DNA from: an uncultured Methylomirabilota bacterium
GTDB taxonomy: Bacteria; Methylomirabilota; Methylomirabilia; Methylomirabilales; 2-02-FULL-66-22
Assembly (NCBI GenBank): GCA_963705305.1
Contig: OY970067.1
Span: 608,001 to 672,000, forward strand
DNA: 64,000 nucleotides
Reading direction: 5' to 3'
Shown: one piece after another, positions 47,670 to 58,200 of the stretch
Numbering within the stretch: position 1 is the first letter of the stretch
Layout of the letters: each line of letters opens with the position of its first letter
The notes under the pieces: generated by a model
What the model was told of the DNA's origin: nothing
Databases searched by the model: none
Seen by the model: only the letters and a program-made list of their open reading frames with translations
Position numbers and translations under genes: made by a program

Positions 47670-48725
47670 CTACATCTCCGATCCATCCCCGAATTGGATG
47701 ATCGTCTTGACGTTGTCCGGCAGCTTCCCCGCGGCCAGCGCGGCCACCATCTCCGGCGCCTGCTCGAGCCGGATCCGCTCGGAGACGAGCGATGGGAATT
47801 GATGGAGGCCCCCTTGCTCCCACAAGCGGATGGCGAACCGGTAATCGACCGCCGTGTACATCGAGGTGCCCAGGACGGCCTGCTCGCGCGCCTGGATCAC
47901 CCGCGCCTCGACTCCCCCGCCCGTGAAGAACGAGGCGATGATGACCAGGCGCCCCATCCGCCGGCACAGCGCGACGGCCTGCGCCAGCACATCCGGGGCG
48001 GCGGCCGCCACGAAGACCACGTCTACGCCCAGCCCGTCGGTGGCCCCGAGGACCGCCTGCACCACATCCTGCCGGGACGGATCGATCACGAGATCGGCCC
48101 CGCAGCGGAGAGCCAGATCCCGTTTGGGGGCGCTCGGGTCGGTCGCCACGGTCCATCCCGGCGTGGTCGCCTGGGCAGCGAGGAGGGTCATCATGCCGAT
48201 CGTCCCCACGCCGAGGATCGCCACCGTCTCGCCCGTCCGAAGGTCGGACCGGCGTACCGCGTGCAGCCCCACGCAAAAGGGCTCCAGCATGGCGGCCTCT
48301 TCGAAGGGCATCCGGGCGGGCATGGGATGGCACATGCTCTCCGCAGCGACGACGTATTCGGCGAAGGCTCCGATCCAGTCCCCTACGCCGATGAAACGCT
48401 TGTCCGGACACTCGTGATAGTTGCCCTGGCGGCAGAGGCTGCACCGGCCGCAGCCGAGGTGCGGCTCGACGGCCACCCGGTCCCCCATCCGGCGTGAGGC
48501 GACGCCCGGTCCCGCTGCAACGACCTCTCCCGCCAGCTCGTGACCCGTGATCACCGGCGGCCGGCGAAACGTGTGCGTCCCCTTGAATGCCGCGACGTCG
48601 CTGGCGCAGATCCCCGCCGCCTTCACCCGGATGAGGACCTCGCCTTCACGTGGCGTCGGCACAGGCACCTCCACGAGCTCCGCCCGTCCCGCCTCCGGAA
48701 ACCGCATGGCCTTCATGACATCCAT
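47670..48725 (-). CDS. Zn-dependent alcohol dehydrogenase (sorbitol/idonate dehydrogenase-like)
   Basis: GICASD, GHELAG, CGRCSLCRQG...C, EP, GVGTIG. Confidence 0.92.
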   Translation of the reverse strand: MDVMKAMRFPEAGRAELVEVPVPTPREGEVLIRVKAAGICASDVAAFKGTHTFRRPPVITGHELAGEVVAAGPGVASRRMGDRVAVEPHLGCGRCSLCRQGNYHECPDKRFIGVGDWIGAFAEYVVAAESMCHPMPARMPFEEAAMLEPFCVGLHAVRRSDLRTGETVAILGVGTIGMMTLLAAQATTPGWTVATDPSAPKRDLALRCGADLVIDPSRQDVVQAVLGATDGLGVDVVFVAAAAPDVLAQAVALCRRMGRLVIIASFFTGGGVEARVIQAREQAVLGTSMYTAVDYRFAIRLWEQGGLHQFPSLVSERIRLEQAPEMVAALAAGKLPDNVKTIIQFGDGSEM

Positions 48726-48789
48726 TCCTCGGCTCCTCTTCCGGTAACGCTGGCCTTGCGAGGCCGTCTGTCGATCCGGCCGCCCGCCG

Positions 48790-49532
48790 TCACTCCTCGG
48801 CTGCATGCCGGGGGGTGGATGTGAACCCAAGGGACATCTGGTAACGGTCTCCCCGGAAGATGGACTTGCCATATTGCACCGGCCGATCGGGGTCCACGTA
48901 CCAGGTGTGCTCCCGGACCAGGACAGGCGCGCCGATCTTCGTCTCCAGAACCTTGGCTTCTTTCCGGCGGACCACCGACGCCGTCACGCGCAGCGCCAAA
49001 CGCGTGCGGGGCCTCCCCAGGACGCGCCGCACCGCCGGTACCAGCGGCTGGGTGTGGATCTCCTCCTCGGTCAAGGCCTTGCCGATCGGTTCGGGAAGAT
49101 AGCGGATCTCGTACCCGACCACCAGCCCATCCACCAGGCGCAGCCGCTCCAGGACGATGACGGGGGTGCCCGGGGACAGCCCCAGGTTCTCCGTCACCCT
49201 CCCCTCTGTCGGCTCGGTGCGCATGTCCAGCAGCTTGATGCCGGGGCGGGCCCCTTTGGCCCGCATCTCTCGAAGCTCGGGAACGTCTTGGTGTGCTCCA
49301 GCCGGGGCTCGGCCACAAAGCTGCCGCGACCCCGGTGACGGACCACCAGGCCGCCATAGACGAGGCGCGACAGCGCCTGACGGACCGCTGTCCGGCTGAC
49401 GCTGAACTGCTGGGAAAGCCGGGGTTCCGGAGGAATGGGATCGCCTGGCTTGAGCGTGCCGTTCCGAATGCGATCGCGAAGGTGCTCTTCAAGCCGATAG
49501 TAGCAGGGGACGAAACGCTCGGGGGCTCGCAC
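48790..49532 (-). CDS. GntR family regulator (HutC/UTRA), 1-nt frameshift near 49270
   Basis: wHTH FSVSRTAVRQAL...GRGSFV; after FPSFE the frame shifts to EMRAKG...LERLRLVDG...FRGDRY; GTG start after GGAGG. Confidence 0.85.
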
Positions 49533-49561
49533 GGATGCCTCCGGTGGGTTGGCGAGGTAGG

Positions 49562-49591
49562 AGCCTAGTTGTAATGACATTGATATGTCAA
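49562..49591 (-). promoter_or_regulatory. Promoter with an overlapping palindromic operator upstream of gntR
   Basis: Minus-strand TTGACA (49591-49586), N18, TAGGCT; palindrome TGACAT-N4-ATGTCA at 49575-49590. Confidence 0.55.
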
Positions 49592-49711
49592 GGCTAATTT
49601 TGGAAAGGGATTGAACTGGCGGGCAGCTACTGTGCCTAGCGTAGCAGGGGCCGGCGCTAAGCCCAGGACAGCAGCTGTGCAGTGCGCCACCCCGAACGAG
49701 GGCGAAGGGGC

Positions 49712-50737
49712 CTACCGGATCAGCGATCGGGCCGCAGCGACGATGTCCTCGACCCCGGGAACGGCCTTCTTCTCGAGGGTCTCGTTGAAAGCGATGGGAA
49801 CATTCATTCCCGCCACCCGCTTGATGGGAGCGTCCAGGTAGTCGAGGGCCTCCTCGGCGACGATGGAGGCGATCTCGGCGCCGAATCCGGCGCGCTTGAC
49901 CGCCTCGTGCACGATGACCAGGCGTCCCGTCTTCTTGACCGACTCGATGATCGCCGCCTTGTCCAGCGGGACCAGGGTGCGCGGGTCCACCACCTCGGCC
50001 TCGATGCGCTCCTTCGCCAGCGCCTCGGCGGCGGACAGCGCCCGACTGACCATCAGGCCGGTGGCCACGATGGTCACGTCCGTGCCCGCCCGCTTCACGT
50101 CGGCCACCCCGAAGGGGATCGTGTACTGCGCCTCGGGGACCGGACCCCGGGTCGGGTAGAGGAGTTTATGCTCCAGGACCATGACCGGGTTGGGATCCCG
50201 CAGGGCCGTCACCAGCAGACCCTTGGCATCCGCCGGGGTCGAGGGCATGGCGACCAGCAGGCCGGGGACATGGGCAAACCAGGCCTCCAGGCTCTGCGAG
50301 TGCTGCGAGGCCAGCTTCAGCCCGGACCCATACGGCGTCCGGATGACCAACGGTACCTGGGCTTTGCCTCCCAGCATGAACCGGATCTTGGCCGCCTGGT
50401 TCACGATCTGGTCCATGGCGCAGGCGGTGAAATCCATGAACTGGATCTCCACCATGGGCCGCATGCCCGTGATGGCCGCGCCCACGCCCGCCCCGATCAG
50501 CGCCGCTTCGGAGATGGGCGTGTCCCGCACGCGCTCCGGACCGAACTCCTCCAGCAGGCCCTTGGTGCCTCCGAACAGTCCGCCGAAGAGGCCCACATCC
50601 TCGCCCATCACGAACACCCGGGGGTCCTGCCGCATCTCCGCCCGGAGGGCCTCGGCGATGGCCTCTGCGTAGGTGATCTCGCGCTCGGCGTCCGCCGGTG
50701 CAGCCCCTGCCGAACCCCCCTGCGTCTGGTGGCTCAT
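49712..50737 (-). CDS. TPP-dependent 2-oxoacid/acetoin dehydrogenase E1 beta subunit
   Basis: [45 protein letters not shown]. Confidence 0.94.
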   Translation of the reverse strand: MSHQTQGGSAGAAPADAEREITYAEAIAEALRAEMRQDPRVFVMGEDVGLFGGLFGGTKGLLEEFGPERVRDTPISEAALIGAGVGAAITGMRPMVEIQFMDFTACAMDQIVNQAAKIRFMLGGKAQVPLVIRTPYGSGLKLASQHSQSLEAWFAHVPGLLVAMPSTPADAKGLLVTALRDPNPVMVLEHKLLYPTRGPVPEAQYTIPFGVADVKRAGTDVTIVATGLMVSRALSAAEALAKERIEAEVVDPRTLVPLDKAAIIESVKKTGRLVIVHEAVKRAGFGAEIASIVAEEALDYLDAPIKRVAGMNVPIAFNETLEKKAVPGVEDIVAAARSLIR

Positions 50738-51777
50738 TCGACCAGCCTCCCTGCGTAGATGTCCGTCTCCAGCTCTTCCAGCGGCGGCTCCGGGCTGTTC
50801 AGGGCGAAGGCCAGCGAATCCTCGACCTCTTGCGCGGCCGCCGCCTCGACGGCGGAGAACCCGGCATCGTCCAGCAGCCCCTCTTTGGCGAGCCGCCCCC
50901 GCAGCCGGGCGATGGGGCACTTGGCGCGCCAGGCCGCCTCTTCGTCCGCCGGCCGGTCCGGCCCCTTGACGCGGAGACTATGCTGCAGCCAGCGATAGGT
51001 CTTGCACTCCAGCAGGGTGGGCCCCTTGCCCTTCCTGGCCCGCTCCACGGCCCGCCGGGTGGCTTCATAGACCGCCAGGACGTCGTTCCCGTCCACGACC
51101 TCCCCCGGCATCCCGTACCCGGCGGCCCGCAGGGCGATGTCCGGGGCCCGCACCGCCTTGGCGTACGGCATGGAGAGGGCGTACTGGTTGTTCTCGCAGA
51201 GGAAGATGGCCGGCAGCTGCCAGGTGGCGGCCAGGTTCATAGCTTCGTGGGTGATCCCGGTGTTGGCGGCCCCGTCGCCGAAGAACCCCAGACTCACCTG
51301 GTCCGTCCCCCGCAGCGCGGCGGACAGGGCCGCGCCCGCCGTGATCCCCATGCCGCCTCCCACGATGCCGTTGCACCCCAGCATCCCCAGGTCCAGGTCG
51401 GCGATGTGCATGGAGCCGCCCTTCCCCTTGCAGTAGCCGGTGTGCCGGCCCAGCAGCTCCGCCATCATCCGGTTCATGTCGGCGCCCTTGGCCAGGGCAT
51501 GGCCGTGGCCCCGATGGGTGCTGGCGATGTAGTCGTCGGGGCGCAGCGCTGCGCAGGCGCCGGCCGCCACGGCCTCCTCGCCGACGTAGGGGTGAAGGGT
51601 CCCCTTGATCACGAAGGTGCGCACTAACTCGGCCAGCTTCATCTCGAAGGCCCGGATCCGGACCATCATCGTGAGCAGGGCGATGCGGTCCGGCAGGCCG
51701 GCCCCGGCGGGCGCGGATCGGGCCCGCGAGGGCACCGTCGGCTTGCTGGCTTGCTTCCTGCTCTTGGCTGTTGACAT
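50734..51777 (-). CDS. TPP-dependent 2-oxoacid/acetoin dehydrogenase E1 alpha subunit
   Basis: [26 protein letters not shown]...ENNQY, TYRW..HS. Confidence 0.94.
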   Translation of the reverse strand: MSTAKSRKQASKPTVPSRARSAPAGAGLPDRIALLTMMVRIRAFEMKLAELVRTFVIKGTLHPYVGEEAVAAGACAALRPDDYIASTHRGHGHALAKGADMNRMMAELLGRHTGYCKGKGGSMHIADLDLGMLGCNGIVGGGMGITAGAALSAALRGTDQVSLGFFGDGAANTGITHEAMNLAATWQLPAIFLCENNQYALSMPYAKAVRAPDIALRAAGYGMPGEVVDGNDVLAVYEATRRAVERARKGKGPTLLECKTYRWLQHSLRVKGPDRPADEEAAWRAKCPIARLRGRLAKEGLLDDAGFSAVEAAAAQEVEDSLAFALNSPEPPLEELETDIYAGRLVE

Positions 51778-51876
51778 CGCCACCCCCACCCTCTCCGGAA
51801 CAATTCCCCGGACGCACGCGCCGCAGGCCGCCGGGGGATTCGGCCCGTCGTCCCCTGGACGCCGGGAATCCTGGCC

Positions 51877-53043
51877 TCAGCCGTGCCGGTACACCACCTC
51901 ACCCATCACGACGGTGGCCAGCACACTGAGCGGCGGGCCTTCTTCCAGCACGACCAGATCTGCGATCTCACCGGGCGCCACACCGGCCCCCAGTCCCGGG
52001 AACAGCCGGCGGGGCTGCCGGGTGGCCAGGCGAACAGCCTCGGGCAGGCGCAGGCCGGCGAACCGGGCAACGTTCTCGATGGCCCGGTCCATGGTCAGGG
52101 ACGACCCGGCGAGATAGGGGGTGCCGGGCAGCCGGACGTAGCCGTCCAGCCCGACCTCCGCCAAGACCTCTCCCAGCCGGTAGGTCCCGGGCGGCGCCGC
52201 GGCCGCCGCCATGGCGTCCGTCACCAGAACCACCCGCTCCGTCCCCTTGCAGCGGATCATGTTCTTCACCACATAATCGGGCAGATGGTGCCCGTCCGCG
52301 ATCAGGGTCGCCATGAGGGCATCCATCGCCAGCTGCTTCTGGATGTAGTTCCGGTGGCGCGGCAGCAGCACATGGGATCCGTTTCCCAGGTGGATGGAGA
52401 CCTGTGCCCCCGCCGCCACTGCCTGATCGATGTCGGCCGTCGAGGCGTCCGTGTGGCCGATCCCGACCACGATCCCCGCGTCTCGCAGCTGCCAGATTAG
52501 GCCGATGGCTCCGGGTCGCTCTGGGGCCAGCGTCGTCAGCCGGATGAGACCCTCGGCCGCCTCCTGGAGCCCCCGGAACACATCCCAGTCCGGATCCAGG
52601 ACGGCCAGGGCGGGATGCGCGCCGCGCGGCCCGTCTTCAGGGGCCAGGAATGGACCCTCCAGATGGATGCCCGGAATGCCATGGGCCAGGGCGGCGTCCT
52701 GCTGCCGGGCGCGGGCAATGGCGCGCAAGGCGTCCCGCATCGCCGGCAGCGGCGCCGTCATCACGGTCGGGAAGAAGCGCGTCACGCCGTGGCGCCACAT
52801 GGTGCGCATGGCGTGCTGCAGCTCGTCGGCGGTCAGCGCAGGCCGGTTGAAGTCCACGCCGGCAAAGCCGTTCACTTGCAGATCCAGGAATCCCTCGCTT
52901 ACAACAGCGGTCGGGCTGCCCAGGACGGGGCCGGCATCACCCTGCGCTGGTCGAATCTCGTGGATCCGTCCATCCTCGATCGCCACGTCGATCGGATCCC
53001 CGGCACCCTCCAGCCGTCCCCGCACGATCAAGGGCGTGCTCAT
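51877..53043 (-). CDS. nagA: N-acetylglucosamine-6-phosphate deacetylase-like amidohydrolase
   Basis: DLQVNG, GIHLEGPF, GAH, TLAPE, GHT, HLGN, IADGHH, VTDA, LAGS. Confidence 0.85.
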   Translation of the reverse strand: MSTPLIVRGRLEGAGDPIDVAIEDGRIHEIRPAQGDAGPVLGSPTAVVSEGFLDLQVNGFAGVDFNRPALTADELQHAMRTMWRHGVTRFFPTVMTAPLPAMRDALRAIARARQQDAALAHGIPGIHLEGPFLAPEDGPRGAHPALAVLDPDWDVFRGLQEAAEGLIRLTTLAPERPGAIGLIWQLRDAGIVVGIGHTDASTADIDQAVAAGAQVSIHLGNGSHVLLPRHRNYIQKQLAMDALMATLIADGHHLPDYVVKNMIRCKGTERVVLVTDAMAAAAAPPGTYRLGEVLAEVGLDGYVRLPGTPYLAGSSLTMDRAIENVARFAGLRLPEAVRLATRQPRRLFPGLGAGVAPGEIADLVVLEEGPPLSVLATVVMGEVVYRHG

Positions 53044-53217
53044 CGGCGCCCTCCTCGCAACGCTCACGCCTGCGCGCATCCACAGGTGGAGCACCCATAT
53101 ATCTCATTCTACTCTCGATCCACGACGGGAGCCACGCAGAAAATTCCAGAGGGGAACGGCAGGGCGGGAACCGGCCTTGGCAGGAATACGGCAATGAAGG
53201 ATGAGGCGGTGGCCTGC

Positions 53218-54318
53218 TTACGGCGTCTTTTTCGCGGCTCCCATCAGGGTCCCCTTTTCCACCATGATGTGGATCGAGGCCTGGCTCCGCAGTTCGGCCA
53301 GCCAGTCTTTCCGCTTGGCCTCGAACTTTTCCCTAAAGATCTCGTCGCGGATCGTATCCCGGACCTCAGCAAGGGGCGCCACCGTCTCCAGGTGGACCGC
53401 CTCGACTTTGATGATGTTCCAGCCCGCCGCGGTCCGGATGAGGCCGCTGACGCCTCCGACCGGCAATCCGAATGCGGCGCTCTCGATCTCCGCCGCCAGA
53501 TCACCGCGATGGACGATCCCCAGGTCTCCTCCCCGGTCCTTGGTCGGGCTGTCCGAATACTCCTGGGCGACCTTGGCGAAATCCTGCCCCGCCCGGATCT
53601 TGGCCAGGGCTTCCTCCCCCCGAGCTTTGGCCTTGGCCTCGTCGGTGTCGGGAGTCACGGCGATGAGGATGTGCTGAATGTGGACGCTCGGCGTGCGGGC
53701 GAACTTGTCCTGATGCGCCTCGTAATACTTCTTCACCTCGTCCTCGGAGATGATGATGGACGATCGCACCTGGTGGGCCAGCAGTCGCCCGATGGCCAAT
53801 CGTTCGCCGATGCTGCGCTGGATCTGCTCCAGCGTGAGGCCCTCGGCCCGCAGCGAGGCGCGGAACTGGGCGTCGTCTTTGATATTGTTGTTGCGCTTCA
53901 GCTCGTCAATGGCGCCCTGAACCTCCGCCGAGGAGGGGAGCGTGCCCTCCCGCTTCGCCACCTGGTACATGAGTCGCCGGTCGATCAGATCGTCCAGGAC
54001 CTTCTTCTCCGCCTCCTCGACCTGCCGCTCTCGCTCCGTCCCCACAAAATCCTGGAAGATCTTGCGGATCACCGGCTGCCCGTCCTCTTGCACCTCGCTC
54101 AGCGTGATGGCCTCGTCGTTGACCGAGGCCACCACGCGGTCCAGGATCATTCCCTGGGGTGCCGTGTCTGCCGCGGGCTTCGAGACGTTATGCGGGGCCG
54201 CCGGGATGTTGGTCGGGACCAGCGGAGCGGCCCCTTCGCCGGAGGCGCTCTGGGCCGACGCGTGCCCGACCGTCAAGAGCAGGATGGCCACGACGGCGGC
54301 GAGGCCGAAGCGCTTCAT
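53218..54318 (-). CDS. surA: SurA-like periplasmic chaperone / parvulin PPIase
   Basis: Signal peptide; DRVVASVNDEAIT SurA N-domain; HILI, FAKVAQEYSD, GGDLG. Confidence 0.85.
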   Translation of the reverse strand: MKRFGLAAVVAILLLTVGHASAQSASGEGAAPLVPTNIPAAPHNVSKPAADTAPQGMILDRVVASVNDEAITLSEVQEDGQPVIRKIFQDFVGTERERQVEEAEKKVLDDLIDRRLMYQVAKREGTLPSSAEVQGAIDELKRNNNIKDDAQFRASLRAEGLTLEQIQRSIGERLAIGRLLAHQVRSSIIISEDEVKKYYEAHQDKFARTPSVHIQHILIAVTPDTDEAKAKARGEEALAKIRAGQDFAKVAQEYSDSPTKDRGGDLGIVHRGDLAAEIESAAFGLPVGGVSGLIRTAAGWNIIKVEAVHLETVAPLAEVRDTIRDEIFREKFEAKRKDWLAELRSQASIHIMVEKGTLMGAAKKTP

Positions 54319-55232
54319 GGCGTGGTTCCCCCCGGAGGGGTGCCGGGAGCTGCCGGTGCGCCGAAGTTCCCCAGGGGCAGCAGGGCGTCGTTGCGGGTGA
54401 TCTTGGCGGCGCCCTCCAGCTGCTTCATCCAGGACTGGAATCGCTCCCCTTGCTTCTCCTCCAGCAGCCGCTGGCGGATCTGATCCTTCACCTGCTCGTA
54501 CGCGAGCGGCTGCCCCTTCTGCCGGTCCACCAGCTTGATCACGTGAAAGCCGAAGGGCGTTTTGACCACATCGCTCACCTCGCCCGGCTTGAGGGCAAAG
54601 GCGGCCTTGGCAAACTCCGGAACCATCTGTCCCCACGAGAAATATCCCAGATCTCCGCCCCGAGAGGCGCTGCCGGTATCCTTGGAGAGGGTCTTGGCCA
54701 GCTCCTCGAAGGGCTCGTTCTTATGGAGGCGGTCCAACACGACCTTGGCCTCTTCCTCGGTCGGAACCAGGATGTGCCGGGCCCGAACCTTGTCTCCCGA
54801 GAACTCGTCCGGATGGCTCTGGTAATAGGCCTGGACCTCGGCCTCCTCCACCTTGACCTTGCCTACGATCTCGGACTGAATGACGCTGCGGACCAAGAGG
54901 TCCCGCCGGAAGGCTGCCAGCTGCTCCGCCACGTCGGGCTGATCGCCGATCTTCTGCTTTTCCGCCTCCTGCAGGAGGAGTTCGCGCCGGACGATGCGCT
55001 CCAGGATCTGCGCCTGCCCCTCCTTGGTGGCCAGCAGAGACCGCATCTCCTGCGGCATGCGGGGCAGTTCGCGCAGGATCTCCTTCTCCACCTCGCCCGT
55101 GGTGTAGGCCCGATCGTTGACCTTGAGCACCACCGGGCCGGTGGCCCCTTCCTTGGCGGTTCCCCTGCCGCAGGCCGCCAGGGCCAGCACGCATCCGGCC
55201 AGCGCCACACGTCTCCATCCCATGATCTTCAC
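54315..55232 (-). CDS. PrsA/PpiC-type parvulin PPIase lipoprotein
   Basis: Lipobox LAAC; ARHILV, FEELAK..SKD, GGDLG, MVPEF, TPFGFHVIK. Confidence 0.9.
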   Translation of the reverse strand: MKIMGWRRVALAGCVLALAACGRGTAKEGATGPVVLKVNDRAYTTGEVEKEILRELPRMPQEMRSLLATKEGQAQILERIVRRELLLQEAEKQKIGDQPDVAEQLAAFRRDLLVRSVIQSEIVGKVKVEEAEVQAYYQSHPDEFSGDKVRARHILVPTEEEAKVVLDRLHKNEPFEELAKTLSKDTGSASRGGDLGYFSWGQMVPEFAKAAFALKPGEVSDVVKTPFGFHVIKLVDRQKGQPLAYEQVKDQIRQRLLEEKQGERFQSWMKQLEGAAKITRNDALLPLGNFGAPAAPGTPPGGTTP

Positions 55233-55282
55233 GTCTTGCTCCTTGCCGCGAGAATGGAAAAGCCCGTATTTTCACAGGAAAA

Positions 55283-58200
55283 TCAGGAAACGGTAACACC
55301 CATTGTGAGCCTTTGCAAGAGCTTTTTGGCCGCGGCGAGAAGCGCATCCGGACTGGATCCGCCAGCCCGGTATTCCAGGGTATCCTCCGGGATGTAGCGA
55401 AGCCGTCCCCGTTCCTCCCGGAGCAGGGACAGGATGGTTTCCCCGGCCACCGGCGGTTGCGGCCCGAACACCACGCGCACGGCCCCGCGGCGGGCATCCA
55501 CCTCCCGGATCCGCAGGGCCCGCGCCTGGATCTTCAGCTCCACCACCCTGAGCAGCCACTGGACCTCCGGCGGAAGGGGCCCGAAGCGGTCCGCCAACTC
55601 CTCCGCATAGTCCCGGAGGCGGTCGGCGTCGGTGATGGCCGCCAGCCGCTTGTAGAGGTTCAGGCGCAGTGCCGGATCAGCCACATAGGCTTCCGGCAGA
55701 TACCCCTCCGCCTGCAGGCGGATGGTGGGATCGATTGCCGGCTCCTGGACCTCCCCCTTCAGCTCGCGGACCGTCTCCTGGATCAGCTGCATGTACAGGT
55801 CGAAGCCCACGGCTGCGATGTGGCCCGACTGCTCGGCTCCCAGCAGATTCCCCGCCCCGCGGATCTCGAGGTCCCGCGCCGCGATCTTGAACCCGGAGCC
55901 CAGTTCGGTCAGTTCTGCCAGGACCTGCAGGCGCTTGCGCGCCACCTCGGTCATCCCCCCCTCCGCCGGGATCAACAGGTAGGCATAGGCCCGGTACCGG
56001 TCCCGGCCCACTCGGCCGCGCAGCTGATAGAGCTGGGCCAGGCCCAGGGTATCGGCGCGGTCGATGATGATGGTGTTCGCCGAGGGGACATCCAGTCCGG
56101 ACTCGATGATGGTGGTGCAGATCAGGACGTCCACCCGCTTGAGGTAGAAGTCCACCATCACCTTCTCCAGGGCCGCGTCGCTCTCCTGTCCGTGGGCCAC
56201 GGCGAAGCGGCCCTCCGGAACGAGCTGTTTCAGCCGCCGGGCCGCCGCGTGGATGCTCTCCACCCGGTTGTGGACGAAGAAGACCTGCCCCCCGCGCCGG
56301 AGCTCCTGCCGGATGGCCTCGGCGATGACCTCGGGGTCGTAGGGGGTGACGTAGGTCCGGATGGCCAGCCGTTCCTCCGGCGGGGTCTCGATGGTGCTGA
56401 TGTCCCGCACCCCCAGCATGGTCATGTGCAGGGTCCGGGGGATGGGCGTGGCGGTGAGCGTGAGGACGTCCACCTCCCGCTTGAGCTGCTTGAGGGTCTC
56501 CTTGGCGGCCACGCCGAACCGCTGCTCCTCATCCACGACCAGAAGCCCCAGGCGCTGGAACTGCACGTCCTTCTGCAGCAGCCGGTGTGTGCCGATGACG
56601 ATGTCCAGTGTGCCGTCCGCCAGCGCCCGAAGCACCCGTTGCCGTTCGGCCGGCGGGCGAAAGCGCGACAGCATCTCGACCTGCACCGGAAAGCTGGAGA
56701 AGCGGGCGCTGAAGGTCTGGTGGTGCTGCATGGCCAGGACCGTGGTGGGCACCAGGACGGCCACCTGCTTGCCGTCCATCACCGTCTTGAAGGCGGCTCG
56801 CAGGGCGACCTCGGTCTTGCCGTAGCCCACGTCCCCGCACACCAGGCGGTCCATGGGCCGGGCGCGCTCCATGTCGCGCTTGACATCGGCGATGGCGCAC
56901 AGCTGGTCGGGCGTCTCCTCGTAGGGAAACGCCGCCTCGAACTCCTTCTGGTACGGGGCGTCTGGCGCAAACGCATGTCCGGCCAGGATCTCGCGCGTGG
57001 CGTAGAGCCGGAGCAGCTCGCCTGCCATCTCGCGGACGCTCGCCCGCACCCGCTCCTTGGCCCTGGCCCAGGTAGTCCCGCCCAGCCGATCCAGGGGCGG
57101 TCCCGCGGCGGCGTCCCCTCCCACGTAGCGCTGGACCAGGTGCAGCTTGGAGACCGGAACGTACAGCGTGTCCGAGCCGGCGTACTGGAGGTGGAGAAAA
57201 TCCCCCTCGGAACCCCCCGCCGTGAGCTGGCGCAGGCCCAGGTACCGGGCGATGCCATGATCCACGTGGACCACGTAATCGCCCGCCCGGAGGTCCTCGA
57301 AGGAGGTGAAGGGCAGGGCTTCCTTGGGTCGGGCGCGCCGCCGGGGCAGGGCCCGGGCGCCGAAGATCTCCCCCTCCGTGACGAGGCGGAGCGCGGGGAC
57401 CTCCAGGCGGAATCCTCCGCTCAGCTCGCCGGTCCACAGGGCGATGCCGCCCGGCTCCGGCAGCTCCCGCCCCAGACGCGCCCCCAGATCGTGGTCCCGC
57501 AGGATTTCCTGGAGCCGCCGGCCTTGGGCCTCGCTGCGGGCCACCAGGGTGATCCGCTCGCCCCGCGTCCGCCAGCCATCCAGATCCTCCAGGAACGCGC
57601 CGACGCGGCCATGGTAGTTGTCGACGCTCCCTGCGGGAATGGATCGCGCGGGCGGGCCGGAAGAGGATGGGGTGGCCCCCCCCGCGCCCGGCGGCGAGGG
57701 GAAGGGATCCAGGACGATCCCCGGCCAGGCCTCCGCCCCGCGGCGAAACTCCTCCCAGGTGCTCCAGCGCTCCTCCAGCGGCGGGAAGAGTGCCGCCAGA
57801 TCGGGCTCCCGGGTCACCTCGTCCTCCACCTCGCGGAGGACGGCGGCGGCCCGATCGGCCAGTGCCAGCGGCTCATCCCACGCCAGGATGGCTTCGGCCG
57901 GCAGGTAGGCATGCAGCGTCGCCGTCTCGGGTTGGAAGTCCGGGAGGAACGCGTCCCATTCCGGGATCGGCCGCCGCACTTCCAGCGCCTCCAGGAGCGC
58001 CGGCGGGATCCGCACGCCCTGGCGGCGGGCGACCTGCTGCAGGCGCTGCTCCGCCCGCGCGGCCGCCGCCTCGGTCATGATCACCTCCTGCAGGGGCAGC
58101 AGGGTCACCAGGGAGACGGGATGGAGCGACCGCTGGGTCTCCGGGTCGAAGCTGCGCAGGGACTGGACCTCATCCCCGAAGAATTCCACGCGCGCAGGCT

